Assembly (NCBI GenBank): GCA_963675745.2
Contig: CAXXWX010000026.1
Span: 480,001-544,000 of the forward strand
DNA: 64,000 bases
Direction of reading: 5' to 3'
Source of the DNA: Phycisphaerae bacterium
GTDB taxonomy: Bacteria > Planctomycetota > Phycisphaerae > UBA1845 > Fen-1342
Below the pieces are notes generated by a model. The model had not been told where the DNA came from, searched no databases, and was given only the letters and a program-made list of their open reading frames with translations. The stretch's first letter is position 1. Each line of letters begins with the position of its first letter. A program made the translations under genes and the position numbers. Positions 58,616 to 64,000 of this stretch are shown in pieces.

Positions 58616-61240
58616 CTATTCCAGGAAGAAGATCTCGTCGGCGCTGTATCCCAGCATCTGGTAGTTCGGCACGAAGCGCACATCCGGCTCCAGCACCGGC
58701 ATCCAGTCACCACCGTTGAACGACACATCCGCCGCCGTCAGATTCGTATCGGCGAGAGAATCCGCATGGTCGGCCGCCCGGTACGAACCCTCACCGGCCG
58801 GGTTCATGTAGTTGACCACAAATGCCCGCGAGCTCGTGCGCACGTATGTTGTGTCCCCGGCAATGTCGACGTCCGCGGCGCCGGCGACAATGTCCTCGTC
58901 CTGCGTCGCCAGCCCGAGGTCGGTCAATGCGCGGAAGTTGTAGTACGTCCAGCGGTAGAGCGGGAACTCGAGCGGCCCCATGCCGGGAACCTCGCGCAGC
59001 TCGGTGTTTGTCACGGGTACGGGTGTGTCCATCACGCCGCCGGCCGCATGGCAGACCACGCAGGAAAACGCCGCCCCGAGCGCCTCTTCCTTCGGCCGCA
59101 CGCCGTGACCACCCAGCGTAATGCCGTTGGAGTAGGCCGGGTAGTTGGCAATCGCTGCGAAGAACGCCGGTTGCTGCTCGGCGGGCAGGTTCATGCCTTG
59201 CATGCCGAGGAACATCTTTATGAGCGTCCCGTCGGGAACCTTCATCGTGATCAGCTCGTGCGCATCGGAGAATTGCGGATACCACTCGTAGGTCGGGTCG
59301 AGCCCCATCGGAGCGTTAAAGCCCATGAACTTCCGCAGACCCATGTTCGCCGCGTTGAACATGTCGTAGTAGAAATCGGCGCCCGGATCAACGAAGCCAT
59401 CACGATCGGCATCCCACTGCGATGTGCTTCCGGTGGCATAGCGAACCAGGTCGAACGAGACCTTGTCGAAGTAGACCAGGTTCGGGAAGATCTGCATCAG
59501 CGCCATCGCCTGCTTGTCGGGATTCTCCGAGAAGAAGTCGTTCAGCGTGATGTTGCGCGCCTCTTCGGGCGTGATGTCGAGGAAATCCAACGCCGCAAAG
59601 ACGTCGGCATTGGCTCCACCGGTCATAAAGCGATACATCGCATGGGCGTTGTACTGGTAAGCGCCCTCCATCGCTTCGTTGTTGGCCATCACACCATCAA
59701 AGAACCGCGCGTCGAATATCATGCCGTTACCCATGGGTTTGAACGGCGTGATCTTGGCCCCCTCGGCCCCGCGCACCGCCAGGCCCTGGGCAAGGAACGA
59801 GACGCGCCCGTCGAACCACATCAGTGTCGGGCGGACCTTGTACGCCTCCCAGTCTGAGTTGACATCCGCGTCGGTGCCGCCGTCGAGCAGATGGTCGGCG
59901 GAAATCAGCATGCTGTCGCGGCCATCGGCATTGCGACCGAAGTTAAGCTGGCCGCCGTGCCCGTAGGCCGCGTACGTGATACCGGATGAATACGGGATGT
60001 GACAGGTTTCGCACGCCATCACCGCCAGGTGAGCCGGCATGTGCGCGTTGCCGGGCAGGCTGGCGGCATCGTGGCAACTCGCACAGTTGAGCTGGTTCTC
60101 CGGCGAGCCCACCTCGTAGTCGCTGGCCATCAAATCGCCGCCCACGTTGTCGCCACGGACGAACTTGTGGTGCGACGCCGTGTGGCAGGCGACGCAATGT
60201 CGATCGCCACCACCGGCCAGTGCGGCCACCGCATCCGAAGATGCGTGGACATCGTGTCCCTCGCGAAACAGCGTGCCGCGTTTGTACCCGGTGCGGGCGT
60301 GCTCGTGACAACGCAGGCAGGCATGATCACTGGTCATCCCAATTGAGGACACCGCGTCGAGGCTGCGGTCCTGGGCGACTGTCGGCCAGGGCGTCTCCGG
60401 CGTGCCGTCGCCGTCGGCGTCCATCATCAGCGGCATGTCGGCCACACCATCGCCATCCGAGTCGATCAGCGGATCGGGCTGTCCATCCCCGTCGAAGTCA
60501 GTGTCGTCGCGCGCTACCCGGGCAAACCCCTCGGCCGTGGGTGAATGTCCATCATCCGGCGCGAACCCGGCGAGGGCGAACGCTCCATCGGCCGGGTAAG
60601 AGCGGTACTCCTCGGCATGGCAGATCAGGCAATCGAGCCCGGCGTTAACGATGTTTGTCGCCTGCTGCTGAGCGTCCGCCAAGCCCATCTCCGCAAACAT
60701 GCCGGCGAACATGCCCTCCATCATCGGCATGTATCGACCGGGGTGGCACTTGGCACATTCATCGAGGTTCACATCGGAGGTGAAGTTGATCAGCGAGGTC
60801 GACGACGGCAATCCGCAGGCCCGGTCGATCATGCCGTGCGCCCCGCCGCCCGGAAAGAGAACATTGTCGTTGCGTGAGGCCCACTTGTAGTGTACCGAAT
60901 CCTTCAGTTCGTCGATCACGCCGGCGTGGCACTTGATGCACAACTGTCCCACCATATCGCGTCGCACGGCGGCCTGGCTAATGCGTTTCTCACCGAGCAC
61001 GTACTCGTCGGTTTCGGTGTCGTATCGGAACAGGTGAACGTCGATCAGGCTCGAGGGTGTGCAATTCGGATCGACCACACCCCCGCCGTCGCCGCCGTCA
61101 TTGGGCTCGCCGCCATCACCGTCGGCTCCGGGTGTTGGATCGACCGGCGGGGGGACCAGAGCCGGGCAGCCGGCCAGGCCGATGATCGCGAGTAGGAGTA
61201 CCCCGATAGCAGTCCGTTGCAGTAGTGTGCGGGATGACAT
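58616..61240 (-). CDS. Octaheme c-type cytochrome lipoprotein (OTR-like heme core)
   Basis: Lipobox LAGC; eight CxxCH motifs (CIKCH, CAKCH, CLICH, CLRCH, CVACH, CASCH, CETCH, CVVCH); SVHYKW after heme 1; ATG after AAAGGAAA. Confidence 0.88.
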   Translation of the reverse strand: MSSRTLLQRTAIGVLLLAIIGLAGCPALVPPPVDPTPGADGDGGEPNDGGDGGGVVDPNCTPSSLIDVHLFRYDTETDEYVLGEKRISQAAVRRDMVGQLCIKCHAGVIDELKDSVHYKWASRNDNVLFPGGGAHGMIDRACGLPSSTSLINFTSDVNLDECAKCHPGRYMPMMEGMFAGMFAEMGLADAQQQATNIVNAGLDCLICHAEEYRSYPADGAFALAGFAPDDGHSPTAEGFARVARDDTDFDGDGQPDPLIDSDGDGVADMPLMMDADGDGTPETPWPTVAQDRSLDAVSSIGMTSDHACLRCHEHARTGYKRGTLFREGHDVHASSDAVAALAGGGDRHCVACHTASHHKFVRGDNVGGDLMASDYEVGSPENQLNCASCHDAASLPGNAHMPAHLAVMACETCHIPYSSGITYAAYGHGGQLNFGRNADGRDSMLISADHLLDGGTDADVNSDWEAYKVRPTLMWFDGRVSFLAQGLAVRGAEGAKITPFKPMGNGMIFDARFFDGVMANNEAMEGAYQYNAHAMYRFMTGGANADVFAALDFLDITPEEARNITLNDFFSENPDKQAMALMQIFPNLVYFDKVSFDLVRYATGSTSQWDADRDGFVDPGADFYYDMFNAANMGLRKFMGFNAPMGLDPTYEWYPQFSDAHELITMKVPDGTLIKMFLGMQGMNLPAEQQPAFFAAIANYPAYSNGITLGGHGVRPKEEALGAAFSCVVCHAAGGVMDTPVPVTNTELREVPGMGPLEFPLYRWTYYNFRALTDLGLATQDEDIVAGAADVDIAGDTTYVRTSSRAFVVNYMNPAGEGSYRAADHADSLADTNLTAADVSFNGGDWMPVLEPDVRFVPNYQMLGYSADEIFFLE

Positions 61241-61389
61241 GTCTTTTCCTTTTCCGAAACAAAGATAGCGGATGACCGAAACACCAATTGCGCCGCCCCC
61301 ACGCCGGCTACCCGATGGAGGCCACCCAACGGCGTTACCTCCCACCCCGCGAGCACCGGCCGCGACGCCAAGCGCTATTGCTGGCGATC

Positions 61390-61419
61390 ACTCTATCGGC
61401 GTTAAAGCACAGGTGTCAA
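61390..61419 (-). promoter_or_regulatory. Possible sigma70 promoter of the cytochrome gene
   Basis: TTGACA-N18-TAGAGT about 150 bp upstream of the start. Confidence 0.5.
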
Positions 61420-61904
61420 TCTATGCATGGAGACTGCGCGCCGCGCGAGCAAGGCCTCCTCGCAGCACCTGTCTGGCAGGCGCGCCGACAAGTTCGCATC
61501 CGGCGGCCGGCGGATTCGACGGTGCGCGATCGCCGGACTCTGCGCATAAAGAGAGCGGCCACACACACTGCCCATGCGAGCGTGCCGCCACCGCGAATCA
61601 CGTGTGGCGACCTGCCCCCGGGACGCCGAGGCGTCGCTGGGGCGATGTGTGCGGACCGCTCCGTGAAAGTCTGTAGCCTGTTCAGATTGTGCTAATCAGC
61701 CGAGCAGTAGCGACTGTTCTGAGCACACCGTCAGCCATTGAGCCGGCGATGTGCGTGGCGCAAATCGGCATACCCGTTCGGACCGGGGTTGATCGGGTCT
61801 GGGTTGATGGGGACGGTCCGCTCGGGAATGCCCGGAATGTCGCGTTGTTTGCTCAACGTAGCTTACCACAGTCTGTCTGGCCTCGAGCTTTCAGTTAGGT
61901 CCGT

Positions 61905-62132
61905 CTAGCGTTTGGCCTTTTTGGTCTTTTTGGCCTTTTTGGTCTTTTTGGCCTTCTTGACCTTCTTGGCCTTTTTGACCTTCTTCGCCTTCTTGACCTT
62001 CTTCTTGGTCACCTTCTTCTTGGCGACCTTCTTCTTGGTTGCCTTCTTCTTTGTGACCTTCTTCTTGGCAACCTTCTTCTTGGCCACTTTCTTCTTGGCG
62101 GCCTTCTTCTTGGTGGCCTTCTTCTTGGCCAT
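61905..62132 (-). CDS. Lysine-rich histone H1-like nucleoid protein
   Basis: AGGAGG RBS; 75 aa with 46 Lys arranged as KKKxx pentamers then KKx trimers. Confidence 0.85.
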   Translation of the reverse strand: MAKKKATKKKAAKKKVAKKKVAKKKVTKKKATKKKVAKKKVTKKKVKKAKKVKKAKKVKKAKKTKKAKKTKKAKR

Positions 62133-62164
62133 ATGCGTCCTCCTAGGAGAGAGACACGGAATCC

Positions 62165-64000
62165 TTACGCCAAACTAGGCGCATCCACACGATCATCAAA
62201 GCGGACGCTGACGCGTTTGCTCACACCAGTCTCTTCCATCGTCACACCGTAAAGCACGTCAGCCTGCTGCATCGTCCGCTTGTTATGCGTTATGACCACA
62301 AACTGCGAGTGTGCCAGAAACTCCTGCAAGCAATCATTGAAACGTCCAACGTTCGCTTCATCAAGGGCCGCGTCCACTTCATCCAAGATTGCGAAAGGCG
62401 ACGGCCGGCTCTTGAAAACCGCCAGCAGTAACGCAACCGCCGTCATCGTCTTCTCGCCGCCCGACAGCAGCGAGATCGATTGTGGCTCTTTTCCCGGTGG
62501 CCGCGCGATTATCTCGATACCACACTCAAGCGGATTGTCAGCGTCTTCCAAAATGATATCGGCTTTTCCACCGCCGAATAGTTTACGGAACAGTCCTTGA
62601 AAATGCTCGCGAATATTCTCAAAACTTGCCAGGAAACGTTTGCGCGACTCTTCGTCCAGCTCGACGATCAACGACTCGAGCTGTTCGATCGCGTCCAGCA
62701 GATCCTGTCGTTGTGACCGCATGTTCTCGTGGCGCGGCGTGAGTTCGTCCAGTTCGCGGAGCGCGTCGAGGTTCACGTTGCCGAGCCGCTGGATCTTCTG
62801 GCGCAGCGTTTCGATCTCTTCCCTGATGGCATCCCAGTCGCGCTCCTCGTGCCGGTAGTCGGTGTAGAGCGCCGCCAGGTCCAGCGACAACTCATCAGCC
62901 ACGCGGGCCACGAGGTTCTCTTTGCGGACCTCCGCCTCGCGCGCGGCGATCTGCCGCTCGTGCATCTGCGCTTCGCGCTGCTCGATGACCGCGTGAATAG
63001 CGCGCGCCGCAGCGCCGCACTCCTCGATGCGTTGGCGCAACGCGTTGCGCTCGGCGCCGAGCTCTTCGATGGCGGCCCGACACTCCCGCAATTCGTGCAA
63101 AACCACCGCCTCACGCCGTTCCGCGTTCGCCAGGTCACCATTGGCCGCATCGATGGCACGCGCCGCTTCGGCCTCTTCGTTCTGCGCCGTTTCCCGCTCA
63201 CGCAGCAGGGCTGCCAGGCGCTCCCGCAATTCGGCGAGCGCGGCCTCGCCCGCCGTGCGCCGTTCAGCGCTGCGTCCCACATCGACGCGTGCTTCAGTCA
63301 ACTGCTGTGAGAACGCCCGCAAGGCGCGCTCCAGTTCGCCAAGCTCACGTTCCAATGCCCCGATTTGCGATTCGTGCGCTCGCCGCGCCGCATCCACGGC
63401 CTCGCGTTCAGCGTGCAGGCCCGCCAGTTCGTCGGTTTTCTCTTGCAGTTGCGCGCGCAGGCTTTTCAATTCGCCGGCCATCGCCGATCGCTCTCGATCG
63501 ACGCGCGCCAGTTCGTCATCGACGCGCGCCAGCGCTGCCTGCTGTTCGGCGTGTTGCTTCTGGGCGACGGCCACGCGCCCCAGTGTGGCCTCGCGCTGTA
63601 CTTGCGCGTCGGAGAGCGCTTCATCGAGCTCGAGCCGCGCGCGGGTCGCCCGCTCCAATCGCGTCTCGTCTTCGTCGAGCTGGGCGCGTAGCTGGCGGAT
63701 TTCAGCCTTGCGGCTGATCAGGCCGGTGGTGGCCTGGGCCGCACCGATGGTGATCTGTCCCGTAGCCGTGACGGCATAGCCGTCCAACGTGGCAAACGCG
63801 TAGTCTTCGGGAGCATCACCGCTCAGACGCAGCGCGTCGTGCAAGGAGTCCACGACAAATACGTGTCCCAGCAATGCTTCGGCCAGCCCGCGGTACTGAT
63901 CATCACACAACACCCAATCCGCCGCACGCGCCACAACTCCGGCCAGGCCGTCAAAGGCATGCTCGGGCACCGCGGGCCGCAGGCGGTCCAGCGCGATGAT
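62165..64000 (-). CDS. smc: Chromosome segregation protein SMC (C-terminal part; 5' end outside window)
   Basis: Hinge remnant (ATLDG), long coiled coil, [31 protein letters not shown]. Confidence 0.97.
   Translation of the reverse strand: MIALDRLRPAVPEHAFDGLAGVVARAADWVLCDDQYRGLAEALLGHVFVVDSLHDALRLSGDAPEDYAFATLDGYAVTATGQITIGAAQATTGLISRKAEIRQLRAQLDEDETRLERATRARLELDEALSDAQVQREATLGRVAVAQKQHAEQQAALARVDDELARVDRERSAMAGELKSLRAQLQEKTDELAGLHAEREAVDAARRAHESQIGALERELGELERALRAFSQQLTEARVDVGRSAERRTAGEAALAELRERLAALLRERETAQNEEAEAARAIDAANGDLANAERREAVVLHELRECRAAIEELGAERNALRQRIEECGAAARAIHAVIEQREAQMHERQIAAREAEVRKENLVARVADELSLDLAALYTDYRHEERDWDAIREEIETLRQKIQRLGNVNLDALRELDELTPRHENMRSQRQDLLDAIEQLESLIVELDEESRKRFLASFENIREHFQGLFRKLFGGGKADIILEDADNPLECGIEIIARPPGKEPQSISLLSGGEKTMTAVALLLAVFKSRPSPFAILDEVDAALDEANVGRFNDCLQEFLAHSQFVVITHNKRTMQQADVLYGVTMEETGVSKRVSVRFDDRVDAPSLA

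Noticed and set aside
61912..62178. Hydrophobic Phe/Leu-rich plus-strand ORF
   Set aside because: Reverse complement of the Lys-repeat gene, which has the RBS and operon context

Overview
GC-rich bacterial window, probably Planctomycetota/Phycisphaerae (inferred from a HYExAFE-family gene, a dockerin-like GDLDxDGDVD tail and the flagellar gene set). 1-19.3 kb is a minus-strand flagellar basal-body/hook/export cluster (fliP start to flgB) with its sigma54 two-component regulator, flgN and a TPR protein. 19.4-31 kb holds a diguanylate cyclase, a YtrA-type GntR operon with a clear operator, ispG, a tandemly duplicated tRNA-Gln, a GH13 hydrolase and methyltransferases. It also holds the most interesting locus: a two-gene split-borosin-like system (23375-24845), made of a peptide alpha-N-methyltransferase and an unusually long partner with a BBD-like N-terminus and two 29-aa internal repeats. 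31-47 kb encodes a complete reductive pyrimidine degradation pathway with a single-chain PreT-PreA fusion, interrupted by an IS4 remnant and secreted-protein genes; one of these sits between a duplicated preA 3' end. 47.5-64 kb holds a 2-oxoacid oxidoreductase with a gamma-GltD-delta fusion subunit, MlaD, a frameshifted flippase, tRNA-Asp, a degenerate FHA-GAF-PP2C protein, an octaheme lipoprotein cytochrome, a Lys-rich histone-H1-like gene and the 3' part of smc. Many distinct REP-like palindromes occupy intergenic spaces. No CRISPR array or rRNA was seen. All assignments are from motif recognition by eye; no searches were run.
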